From a virus (taxonomy: Duplodnaviria > Caudoviricetes), in IMG/VR virus record IMGVR_UViG_3300025410_000009: a stretch of 64,000 bases of DNA; one strand, 5' to 3'. The translations under genes were made by a program, and so were the position numbers. Of the stretch, positions 27,927 through 35,825 are shown one piece after another (position 1 is the first letter of the stretch; each line of letters begins with the position of its first letter). The notes beneath the pieces were generated by a model. That model had not been told where the DNA came from. It saw only the letters and a program-made list of their open reading frames with translations, and searched no databases.

Positions 27927-28112
27927 TTATGAATTCACAGTACGGAATGGATCAAAGTCATCGGGGAAGGCATTGTTCCATTCCAAGTTGATGCTTTCAA
28001 CCCATTCATACACGGTGCCAACACTACAGCCCAGCTCGCCGGCAATTTGCTCGGGGCGATAGCCTTCGATGTAGAGTTGTTCAATATCGTAGCTGAAGTT
28101 TTGGGTTTTCAT
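27927..28112 (-). CDS. Small hypothetical protein (possible HTH)
   Basis: YIEGYRPEQIAGELGCSVGTVYEW resembles a helix-turn-helix. Confidence 0.5.
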   Translation of the reverse strand: MKTQNFSYDIEQLYIEGYRPEQIAGELGCSVGTVYEWVESINLEWNNAFPDDFDPFRTVNS

Positions 28113-28576
28113 GCTGCCTCCAATTTGGCGTCTTGAGTCACAGCATCGGCCAACAAGGTCAAAGTCTTGTTGTCGTGATACATGCTACCATAATACCAAA
28201 CACCGTCACGCATGATGTAGTAGTACTCGGCGCCGGAATTTTCACACTGATCAACAAACTCTTTGAATGTGTTTGCCACCTTCCACTCGGTATCAATCTC
28301 GTCTCGATCGCGACCATAAAAGGTGCACATGTCGCCGTAGAGCTTGTCATATTCTTCGCTGGTCAAGTCAGTGCCAAATTGACTAAAGGCGTGCTTTTTG
28401 CCAATGTTGGGACGCAGGCTGCTCAAGTCACCCAACGACACCAGTTCGTTGGCCTTGGCACTGTCATAGTGCTCCAACAAGATAGCACCGTTGTGTTCCA
28501 CATAACCGTCCCAATGACAGTAAACTGATTTAACCTTGTCACCGTGCATGACGCCAATACGTGAACGAGTTGCCAT
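28109..28576 (-). CDS. Hypothetical early phage protein
   Basis: MATRSRIG...SVYCHWDGY...G..LL..Y type sequence, with GGAG RBS and its own sigma70 promoter. Confidence 0.7.
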   Translation of the reverse strand: MATRSRIGVMHGDKVKSVYCHWDGYVEHNGAILLEHYDSAKANELVSLGDLSSLRPNIGKKHAFSQFGTDLTSEEYDKLYGDMCTFYGRDRDEIDTEWKVANTFKEFVDQCENSGAEYYYIMRDGVWYYGSMYHDNKTLTLLADAVTQDAKLEAA

Positions 28577-28609
28577 TTTTAGAGCTCCGTTTAGTTAAAC
28601 AATACGTAA

Positions 28610-28638
28610 ATTATAACTGATTTTGGGCAAGTTGTCAA
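28610..28638 (-). promoter_or_regulatory. sigma70 consensus promoter TTGACA-N17-TATAAT
   Basis: Exact consensus upstream of 28109..28576. Confidence 0.9.
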
Positions 28639-28646
28639 CCAAAATT

Positions 28647-28787
28647 TCAACGTTTTTGGGGTCGAGTGCCTTCTTTTTGTGCAATTTTACCTGAGTATGC
28701 ACCGTTTTTTGCAGTATGGCGCAACACGCCCGGGGCTGGGAAAGTGATAATGCCGCCAGTGCTAGAAGGAATCGAAACGTTTTTCAT
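28647..28787 (-). CDS. Small basic hypothetical protein (46 aa; not in ORF track)
   Basis: Read manually as MKNVSIPSSTGGIITFPAPGVLRHTAKNGAYSGKIAQKEGTRPQKR*. It has a GGAG RBS and a perfect TTGACA-N17-TATAAT directly upstream. Confidence 0.6.
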   Translation of the reverse strand: MKNVSIPSSTGGIITFPAPGVLRHTAKNGAYSGKIAQKEGTRPQKR

Positions 28788-28814
28788 AGTGTGCTCCAGT
28801 GTGTGTAAGTGTTT

Positions 28815-28843
28815 ATTATAACAGCTTTCGGGCTAGCTGTCAA
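28815..28843 (-). promoter_or_regulatory. sigma70 consensus promoter TTGACA-N17-TATAAT
   Basis: Exact consensus upstream of the 46-aa ORF. Confidence 0.9.
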
Positions 28844-28844
28844 G

Positions 28845-28872
28845 AGAAACCCTACATGATGTAGGGTTTTCT
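28845..28872 (-). terminator. Hairpin terminator after the ParB/HNH cassette
   Basis: AAACCCTACAT / ATGTAGGGTTT inverted repeat. Confidence 0.7.
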
Positions 28873-28875
28873 TTA

Positions 28876-29430
28876 TTACACTATGTTGAAATAGTTGTAG
28901 TGATCTTGCAAAGTCCAGGTGCCTAAATCAATTGCATCTCCCTGATGTGTTTCGATTTTGACACCTAAGTCTGCATACCGTTTAAAAAAGTAAGCAATGT
29001 CGGGGGTAGTGGATCCCAGACGAGTCGAGTTCAACTTTTTGTGTTTGGCCTTGCTCAATCTGCAGGTTGGAATATTCAGTGCTTCATCAACAGTGATGCG
29101 TCCAGCCAACAACAGGGCACGAGCCACTGCCGCAGGAGTCACATGCTCAAACTCAGTTTTGTCACTGGCTTTTAGGCCAGTTTCAAAATAATGTGCACCA
29201 ATATTTTCTTTGATACAGTAACCGTGATATCTGCGTAACCAAACATCAATACCGTCACGTATCAACCTGGCTGTTTGATCTTCAACACCCAATTGGCGAT
29301 ACATTTCTACCAATCGTTCAATTTCTGCTCGGCAAAAATTGTATGTGGCATCATAGCTGGGACCACCACGTTTGACTGTGGGTGGCTTCTTTTGCACAAA
29401 GCCGTCTACACGCTCGTTAATGGTTTTCAT
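28876..29430 (-). CDS. Putative His-Me finger (HNH-like) nuclease domain protein
   Basis: Start reassigned to MKTINERV (29430), 1 nt after the upstream stop. FEHVTP...NIPTCRLSKAKHKKLN resembles a beta-beta-alpha-Me core. Confidence 0.4.
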   Translation of the reverse strand: MKTINERVDGFVQKKPPTVKRGGPSYDATYNFCRAEIERLVEMYRQLGVEDQTARLIRDGIDVWLRRYHGYCIKENIGAHYFETGLKASDKTEFEHVTPAAVARALLLAGRITVDEALNIPTCRLSKAKHKKLNSTRLGSTTPDIAYFFKRYADLGVKIETHQGDAIDLGTWTLQDHYNYFNIV

Positions 29431-29431
29431 T

Positions 29432-30619
29432 TTAGAACAAGTCCTTCGCATCAGGTGTGTACACGCTAAACGGTTGTTTAGGGAAGCGGAAGCCAGCGCC
29501 TTTTGTAGGCACCCAAGTGTTGGCCAGCTGGTGCCAGAAAAATGCAATACCTTGTGGGGTGTTCTTGCTGTTGCGTGGAGCATCGGGCCACCTGTGCTTG
29601 GGGATGCCTTGGTTGGCTTTGTTGTAAGCATTAAGGTTGGCTTGGTGCGCGGTACTCCAAAACACACCCTTGGCATCAAAGTTTGCGCCAAACATGTCAA
29701 TACAATGTTGTGCCAAATCTTCGATATCGGCATCACTGTACACAATGTCCTGCTGTTCACACAAGTTTAAAAACTCAATAATGATGGGAATTTCCTTTGT
29801 GTTGATTGGACGTTGTTGGTATCCAACAACATACTTTCCGTATACTGCAAACTGTCGTACCACCTCAACACTGGCATCATCCAGTTCGTTAAGACGACTA
29901 ATAGCACCAATTTGGTCGGTGTCGCCGAACTTCTCAGCTGTTAGAAACATGCCAGCGTTGGCAATGTGCTTCCATTTGCTGTGTGCATTAACCCACTCGG
30001 GTTCGTTAACGCCATCAACCTCAACACCGTAGATCTTTTGCATAAAGATATCAATGATATCCAGGGGCTTTTTGCCTGCATTCTTGCCCACTGTGGTGTT
30101 GTTGTTAATGAAGTTGCTACGAAGTTCGCCACGACTTGCAATGTCGTAGATGTTGATGGGAACCTCAACATCGTCAAAGTTCTCGCCCAGTCCCAATGTA
30201 GCAATTAGGTACAGAGCAATCGAGGTGTGTTGACCATCCCATCCACCCCACTGGTCACCGGCAGCGTACACTTGAATGGGCTGTGCCTGATATGCACGGA
30301 AGTTGGTAATGATGGTAATGATCCAATCCAGGTTGGGCTCTCGTTGCATTGTGGTATCAATCACAATGTCTTTGAGCTTGCCAACCAAGCTCTTGCAAAG
30401 ACGAAAACGTGAACGATCGTTGATGCTCTTTAAGCCAGGATGGTTCTTTTTAAATGTTGCCAGGGCCTTGGCAAGTTTACTTTGCCAATTGCGTCGAGCC
30501 TGCAGGGGCAAGGCAGCAACGGTGTCGTTGTAGCGTTGAACTAGGTCAACAAGATTGGAGGCTGTATTTGTGTAGCGGGCGTTTTTTGTGGCCGCGTAAG
30601 AAGTGTTAAGTGTTGCCAT
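29432..30619 (-). CDS. ParB/Srx-like (DGQH motif; DUF262/DndB-like) protein
   Basis: IDTTMQREPN...IITNF...QPIQVY...WDGQHT follows the ParB/Srx-fold motif order. Confidence 0.55.
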   Translation of the reverse strand: MATLNTSYAATKNARYTNTASNLVDLVQRYNDTVAALPLQARRNWQSKLAKALATFKKNHPGLKSINDRSRFRLCKSLVGKLKDIVIDTTMQREPNLDWIITIITNFRAYQAQPIQVYAAGDQWGGWDGQHTSIALYLIATLGLGENFDDVEVPINIYDIASRGELRSNFINNNTTVGKNAGKKPLDIIDIFMQKIYGVEVDGVNEPEWVNAHSKWKHIANAGMFLTAEKFGDTDQIGAISRLNELDDASVEVVRQFAVYGKYVVGYQQRPINTKEIPIIIEFLNLCEQQDIVYSDADIEDLAQHCIDMFGANFDAKGVFWSTAHQANLNAYNKANQGIPKHRWPDAPRNSKNTPQGIAFFWHQLANTWVPTKGAGFRFPKQPFSVYTPDAKDLF

Positions 30620-30630
30620 GATTGTTTCCT

Positions 30631-31026
30631 TTACGCCACGTGGCGTTGATTATTGAAGTCACCGTTGAGTTGGCCTTTGAGCTTGTGGCAAATAGGGCAT
30701 AGCTCGTCAAGGTTGGTTTTGCGATTATCGCTGTAATTGCCATTTTTATGATCAATTTCAGTCATGCCCTTGGCCCATGCAGGAACCTTGGTCCATTTGA
30801 TCATGCAGTCAAAACCTAGATGTCCATCGGTGTTACTACATTTACCAGTTTTAAAAGGAGTTACGCCTTCTGCATGTGGGTGGCGCCCGTAACTGGCTTT
30901 TTGACAGTGTCCACAATGTATTCGCCAGCGACGATTGCCATATTCGTCTTTGTGGCTGTATGCCACAGGTTTGCTGCAACCGTGATTGATACACGTTGGT
31001 CGCGCAAATTCGTAAATTTTGCTCAA
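30631..31026 (-). CDS. HNH endonuclease with Cys-rich N-terminus
   Basis: EIDHKNGNYSDNRKTNLDELCPICHK plus CxxxxC/CxxC motifs. TTG start with AAGGA RBS. Confidence 0.8.
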   Translation of the reverse strand: MSKIYEFARPTCINHGCSKPVAYSHKDEYGNRRWRIHCGHCQKASYGRHPHAEGVTPFKTGKCSNTDGHLGFDCMIKWTKVPAWAKGMTEIDHKNGNYSDNRKTNLDELCPICHKLKGQLNGDFNNQRHVA

Positions 31027-31122
31027 TTTGATTTCCTTGGTTCGTAACTTTTACAACTCGGTGACCCCGTGTCACGTTGTTGTGTATTAAGTTAGCCGGT
31101 AATAATCTTCTACCGTAAGCCA

Positions 31123-31151
31123 ATTATAACAAAGAATAGTACCACAGTCAA
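31123..31151 (-). promoter_or_regulatory. sigma70-type promoter TTGACT-N17-TATAAT
   Basis: Upstream of the HNH-ParB-like cassette. Confidence 0.8.
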
Positions 31152-31191
31152 GTGTTTTTTTTGAATTATTTTGTTGTATTTTTACAACACT

Positions 31192-31197
31192 TAAATA
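31192..31197 (+). promoter_or_regulatory. Late promoter core TAAATA
   Basis: TAAATA-N5-ATG(31203). Confidence 0.55.
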
Positions 31198-31202
31198 ATT
31201 GA

Positions 31203-31820
31203 ATGAATGAAACCAGCAAAGCAGCCGCAAGAAGATTGAAAAATACCAAATTTGCCACCACATATTTTGTGGGCAACGGCATCGACATCGGGTGCGGTCC
31301 TGATCCAGTTAGTAAATTTGCCGAGGAATTTCCGGCCATGGGCACAGTAAAACCATGGGACTTGGATGATGGTGATGCACAAGTTATGGCTGGAGTTCCG
31401 GATGAAGCTTATGATTTTGTTCACAGCAGTCATTGCCTAGAGCACATGCGAGACCCCACTGAGGCTTTTGCCAATTGGTTGCGTATCTGTAGGCCCGGTG
31501 GTTATGTAATTATCACCATTCCCGACGAAGACCTATACGAGCAAGGTCGTTTCCCCAGCACGTTTAACCGAGATCATAAGACCACATGGACCATTTCAAA
31601 GAGTCAGAGTTGGAGTCCGGTCAGCATCAACTTGTTTAACTTCCTGGGACAATTCGGCAATCAAATTGAAATACTAAAGGTAGAGTTGATCAACGATGCT
31701 TTTGTGTATGATCAACGCCGGCACGATCAAACTTTGTTGGCAGCAGAATGTGCCATTGAATTTGTGGTAAGAAAACGCCCTGCAGACGAACTGGCTCGTT
31801 GCGGGCGGTTACCGTTATAA
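31203..31820 (+). CDS. Class I SAM-dependent methyltransferase (Methyltransf_11-like)
   Basis: GIDIGCG, YDFVHSSHCLEHM and WLRICRPGGYVIITIP. Confidence 0.88.
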   Translation: MNETSKAAARRLKNTKFATTYFVGNGIDIGCGPDPVSKFAEEFPAMGTVKPWDLDDGDAQVMAGVPDEAYDFVHSSHCLEHMRDPTEAFANWLRICRPGGYVIITIPDEDLYEQGRFPSTFNRDHKTTWTISKSQSWSPVSINLFNFLGQFGNQIEILKVELINDAFVYDQRRHDQTLLAAECAIEFVVRKRPADELARCGRLPL

Positions 31821-32561
31821 CACTCGAACAGCGACTTTTTGATGTCGGCTCACACGGCCAATGTATTCGTATTTGACACCATACGAACTCACATACTCTT
31901 GCCAAGCACGGAACTCATCCAGTTGCCATCCTGGGTAATTCATGTACTCGTCAAATATGATGACAGTCCCGGGCACGATGTTGGTTTTTAGTGCATTCAA
32001 CACAGTTTTTGCGCTCGAGTACAAATCGCAATCGATGTGCAGTAGGGCAATATCAGTGTATCTGTGTTTGTTGGGAGTCAGGAACTTGTCTAGGGTTTCA
32101 TCAAACCAGCCCACCACAAGCTCGCAATTTTTTCTCACACGCGGCAGAGCCTTGCGAGCAAAGAACCCACGACGCATACGGCTGGTCCAGTCTTCGGGAA
32201 GACCTTGGAAACCATCAAATCCATATATGGTGTGCTCAGGCAGCAGTCTAGCAAAGTGATTCAGTGTACGGCCAGTGGCAACACCAAATTCAAGTACCAT
32301 ACCGCATTTCAGTAGATCGGGATCCAGCTGTGTACGCACCACCCACTCGTGCAAATCATAGTCGGTGTCAAAGTTGGGCACAGTACGCATGTTGTCTAAC
32401 ACATACTGTGCTGACTCTTCGCTGGCCAGCCGTATGGCAGTGAATTCAGTGTCAATCACATCGGTATAGAGACCCAACAACCTTTTCTCTGTACGACTGG
32501 GTTGCGGATAACGCCACCACTCTTCAATGCGATCTTTGACGCGATACCAGCTGTCAAGCAT
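31815..32561 (-). CDS. TylF/MycF-like sugar O-methyltransferase
   Basis: VLEFGVATG, FDGFQGLPEDW, GWFDETL, LLHIDCDLYSS and IIFDEY. Confidence 0.85.
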   Translation of the reverse strand: MLDSWYRVKDRIEEWWRYPQPSRTEKRLLGLYTDVIDTEFTAIRLASEESAQYVLDNMRTVPNFDTDYDLHEWVVRTQLDPDLLKCGMVLEFGVATGRTLNHFARLLPEHTIYGFDGFQGLPEDWTSRMRRGFFARKALPRVRKNCELVVGWFDETLDKFLTPNKHRYTDIALLHIDCDLYSSAKTVLNALKTNIVPGTVIIFDEYMNYPGWQLDEFRAWQEYVSSYGVKYEYIGRVSRHQKVAVRVL

Positions 32562-32784
32562 GACTCAACTCCTCACTAGGAAACTCGTTTTCTAAATAGT
32601 AACGCAATAGCTCTTTTTGTGTATAAGACGGAATGCTCAGTCCGTTGGGAGCATAGAACAACACCGGCGAGTGCGACCACGAAAAGGTTCGCAAATACTC
32701 GGCCACATATTGTCTGTGATCGGCATTCTCAACGTTGAATGGTACAACTGGTTTGCGATGCATGTCAAGTACAGTATTGTTCAC
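32554..32784 (-). CDS. Hypothetical protein
   Basis: 76-aa ORF with GGAG RBS and its own sigma70 promoter. Confidence 0.6.
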   Translation of the reverse strand: MNNTVLDMHRKPVVPFNVENADHRQYVAEYLRTFSWSHSPVLFYAPNGLSIPSYTQKELLRYYLENEFPSEELSHA

Positions 32785-32805
32785 TTCAGCTCCTTTGTAA
32801 AAATA

Positions 32806-33261
32806 TCAATTATACGACATTTGATCATAGTGGTCAATCTCGTATCTGCCCGCACGTTCGAGACCGTCAATGAGTTGGTTTACCGGCACCGCATGTTGAC
32901 GATAGCCTTCAAACAACATTTCTCGATAGTGCTGGCTGGGCATACACAGCGGGTTACCCGGAGTCATGACATAGACCCAGGCACGGTACAGGTCACCCTG
33001 ACACTCAATGGTGACTTTTTTACGATCGTAATAGCGTGGATAACCTTCTAGCACATCCAAGGCTACTAGCCCAGCCCGGTCCACAGTCCATAATACACCG
33101 TCAACCACATTGCCAATATCGGGTACCACATCAGCATGATAAGCAAATCTAAATTGATAATTACGCAATTGTGCACGGCCCAAACTGGTGCTGGCTGGAC
33201 TGCGGTGGCGCATGCTGTCATTGTTGGTATTCATGCCGTAAGCAAAGTAATACTGTGTCAT
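32806..33261 (-). CDS. Gamma-glutamylcyclotransferase (AIG2-like) family protein
   Basis: YFAYGMN, V.GVLW, LDVLEGYP..Y and AWVYVM. Confidence 0.85.
   Translation of the reverse strand: MTQYYFAYGMNTNNDSMRHRSPASTSLGRAQLRNYQFRFAYHADVVPDIGNVVDGVLWTVDRAGLVALDVLEGYPRYYDRKKVTIECQGDLYRAWVYVMTPGNPLCMPSQHYREMLFEGYRQHAVPVNQLIDGLERAGRYEIDHYDQMSYN
32809..32837 (-). promoter_or_regulatory. sigma70-type promoter TTGACC-N17-TATAAT
   Basis: Within the 3' end of the GGCT gene, upstream of 32554..32784. Confidence 0.7.
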
Positions 33262-33617
33262 GTGTGGCTTTCTAAATCGTCTAGGTATTTCTGTAAATTA
33301 TTGGCATTAAGCGCCAACATTAGTGCAGTTTCTTCATCAAAAACTGCAATTGTGGTAAGGTTTTTTATGTAGTAGGGATATTCTATGTAACGCTCTAGCT
33401 GTAATAAAGTTTTAGGCAGTATCCTAGACTTTAATTCAAATTGATAACTTTTTAATTTTGTAGACAGGAAGCGATAGCCTGGCATGGACAATCGCATGCT
33501 TTTACGATTGGTGGGATTATAAAACAGCGTGGGTCTTGATCGTCCCATTGAGTTCGACATGAACTCGCCTGCCAGTAAGGTCAACCAATCGTGTTGATCA
33601 CGGGAATATTTGTTCAC
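33258..33617 (-). CDS. Hypothetical protein
   Basis: 119-aa ORF coupled to its neighbours. Confidence 0.6.
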   Translation of the reverse strand: MNKYSRDQHDWLTLLAGEFMSNSMGRSRPTLFYNPTNRKSMRLSMPGYRFLSTKLKSYQFELKSRILPKTLLQLERYIEYPYYIKNLTTIAVFDEETALMLALNANNLQKYLDDLESHT

Positions 33618-33885
33618 CTTGAGTCAAGACCACAACACTGAATTTGTCAGTCTTGTATAATGTGTTTAATTTTTTAGCTAGGTTAATGGCGTGGCCGGGA
33701 TTGCTAAACGATACTTTTCTATATTTTGGTCCCGGATACGAGACCAAAATATTGCTAGTCTTCAAGTTAATTGGCTTGGTATCGTAAAACACAGCCCAAA
33801 TGCCTTCGCTGTTCAACACTTGGTCGCACTTGTAGTTATTCTTATTAAGATGCTCGAGTATAACAGTTGGCTTGGGTCTTGACAT
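33598..33885 (-). CDS. Hypothetical protein
   Basis: 95-aa ORF (MSRPKPTVIL...) downstream of TAAATA at about 33907-33912. Confidence 0.65.
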   Translation of the reverse strand: MSRPKPTVILEHLNKNNYKCDQVLNSEGIWAVFYDTKPINLKTSNILVSYPGPKYRKVSFSNPGHAINLAKKLNTLYKTDKFSVVVLTQGEQIFP

Positions 33886-33914
33886 AATAATCTCACTTGA
33901 TATGTTTATTTATC

Positions 33915-34379
33915 TCAGTTTTGTGTGTAGTTAATGATTTCCTGCTCAGCTTGTTCGTGTGTGGCATATGGTCCACGAAATTCGTAACGATTCAATGTGA
34001 TGGCCTTGGGACAAAAGTGTGTGCCCCACTGACCATTGATGCATACTGCATAGTGTCCAGCACAGAAAAAGCTCTTGCTCTTGGCGGTCTTTGTGTAAAA
34101 CGGCAAGCGTTTACGCACATCATAGACTTCGTTAAAGCTCTTGGAATCAATGGGAAAACCATAGATGCTTTTGGTTTTTGCCGCTGGTGTGGGACTGTAT
34201 CGATCGATCTTGATGTTGTAGTTTGCACTCAGCATCTTGAGTGATGGAAACTTTTCGCGGTATTGTTTTTTGACCAAAACAACTCCGTCAGGGCTGGACT
34301 GGATAGTGGCCACAGGCTCACCATCTTCTTCAACAATCCAAAATTTATTCTTTACAACAGGTTTGGCTTTTAATGTCAT
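33915..34379 (-). CDS. Hypothetical protein
   Basis: Start reassigned to MTLKAKPV with AAGGA RBS. Confidence 0.65.
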   Translation of the reverse strand: MTLKAKPVVKNKFWIVEEDGEPVATIQSSPDGVVLVKKQYREKFPSLKMLSANYNIKIDRYSPTPAAKTKSIYGFPIDSKSFNEVYDVRKRLPFYTKTAKSKSFFCAGHYAVCINGQWGTHFCPKAITLNRYEFRGPYATHEQAEQEIINYTQN

Positions 34380-34380
34380 G

Positions 34381-35376
34381 TCATGTTCCTTCGGGGTAGG
34401 CTGCTGATAAAAACTCAGCATAACCACCAGCTTGTTCGCTGATTTTCACTAGATCGTACTTGCCGCAAAACTTTAAGAATTGTGCACCGATCATGGTACG
34501 ATTCAATACAGTTTGTCCAGCCGCAATGGTTTCAGCCATGAGAGCCTTGACATTGTCGGGCTGTGCCTTGAGATCCACCAGCACACGATTGCGATTGTAA
34601 TCATCTAGTACTCGATGCTCAACTCCGTTGTGATCGGACCAGCGTTGAAGCATGAGATTGTTCCAAGCAAATCCTTGTGTACTGCGATCCGCATAGGCTT
34701 CTTGTAAGCCAACTTTGTTCTTGGTACCTTTGGTACGCACACCAGGATAGGCACTAAAGATGTTGTCAGTGGGATCGCCACGCATACATTTCTCAAACAG
34801 AATCCATTCGGGGTCGGGAATACGCTTGGGTTCTTTGGTTTTCTTGTCAATGACCAATTTGCCTTTCTTGTCCAAGATGCCGTCTAGAGTGTGTAACTCG
34901 TCAGCAATGCCATTGTACTGTTTTACATTACTGGCCAATAACTGATAGAAATCGGTGTCGCTACTGACAATCACATGCTCGTCTTGGGGATGGCTCTGTA
35001 TCCAGCCTGCTACCAAGTCGTCGGCTTCTAATTGACCGTGCTGTAAAACAGTACAGTTTGTTTTTTCTTTAAGGAATGTTTTCAGCGTATCGAATGTTTC
35101 CCAGAACAAACGATCTTCTTCAGCTTCGGATTCAGTAAGAGCAGCTCGTGCTACACTTCTATTCTTTTTGTAGGGTTCGTAGAAATCTTTGCGCCAGCTA
35201 CGACCTTCAAGACAGAATACCACGTGGTCGGCTCGTTGTTCACGCCAGGCCTTGTTGACGCTGGCCAGTGTAACATGTATGGCAAAGCCCAGCCGATCCC
35301 ACGTGTCACTTTGACGGTGGGCAGCGTGGCGGGCACGGAAAAATGTGTTAGCAGTGTCAACAATTAGATATTTCAT
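34381..35376 (-). CDS. rnh: 5'-3' exonuclease / flap endonuclease (T4 RNase H-like)
   Basis: LIVDTAN, SWRKDFYEPYKKNR, EADDL, VSSDTDFYQL and H3TH-type GDPTDNI. Confidence 0.88.
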   Translation of the reverse strand: MKYLIVDTANTFFRARHAAHRQSDTWDRLGFAIHVTLASVNKAWREQRADHVVFCLEGRSWRKDFYEPYKKNRSVARAALTESEAEEDRLFWETFDTLKTFLKEKTNCTVLQHGQLEADDLVAGWIQSHPQDEHVIVSSDTDFYQLLASNVKQYNGIADELHTLDGILDKKGKLVIDKKTKEPKRIPDPEWILFEKCMRGDPTDNIFSAYPGVRTKGTKNKVGLQEAYADRSTQGFAWNNLMLQRWSDHNGVEHRVLDDYNRNRVLVDLKAQPDNVKALMAETIAAGQTVLNRTMIGAQFLKFCGKYDLVKISEQAGGYAEFLSAAYPEGT

Positions 35377-35382
35377 ACAGTA

Positions 35383-35411
35383 ATAATAGCATATTACTGT
35401 ATGGTTGTCAA
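35383..35411 (-). promoter_or_regulatory. sigma70-type promoter TTGACA-N17-TATTAT, 6 nt upstream of the rnh ATG
   Basis: Hexamers read directly. Overlapped by a 12-bp inverted repeat at 35374-35403. Confidence 0.7.
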
Positions 35412-35824
35412 CCTATTTCTGAACGTCCGTTGCCCAAATCTCTACGTTCGATCCCACGTGGATTGTTGGCTTCAAACTGTTCGAAATTTTCTAGTAGAAC
35501 ATTTCTGCAGATGTCCTGGAACCACTGGTCAACAATTTGTTGGTCCGTTTTGCCTTTGTATCCAGCACGAACCAACTTGGCCAAAAAGATATCGTTCCAG
35601 TCTAGTTCAAAAGCACCATTGCCCAAGTTATCAGGATCCAGTTCAACTGTGAGCACAGCCACGTAGGGCTCGCCACGTGCTGTATATGAATCCTTGATAA
35701 AAGTAGGTGATACTTCGGGCGCTGGCGGTTTCTTTTTAGCTCTAGGGCGTTTGGGCTTTGCGGGCTCAACAGCCGGTGCAGCCACCGGCTCAGGCTTATT
35801 AAGAAATCGGTCAAAAAGTCCCAT
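35408..35824 (-). CDS. Hypothetical protein
   Basis: Start reassigned to MGLFDRFL, 1 nt after the ahcY stop. Confidence 0.65.
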   Translation of the reverse strand: MGLFDRFLNKPEPVAAPAVEPAKPKRPRAKKKPPAPEVSPTFIKDSYTARGEPYVAVLTVELDPDNLGNGAFELDWNDIFLAKLVRAGYKGKTDQQIVDQWFQDICRNVLLENFEQFEANNPRGIERRDLGNGRSEIG

Positions 35825-35825
35825 A

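Noticed and set aside
28876-29760. 294-aa ORF as called in the track
   Set aside because: The first 110 codons overlap the ParB-like gene in another frame. The real start is most likely ATG 29430.
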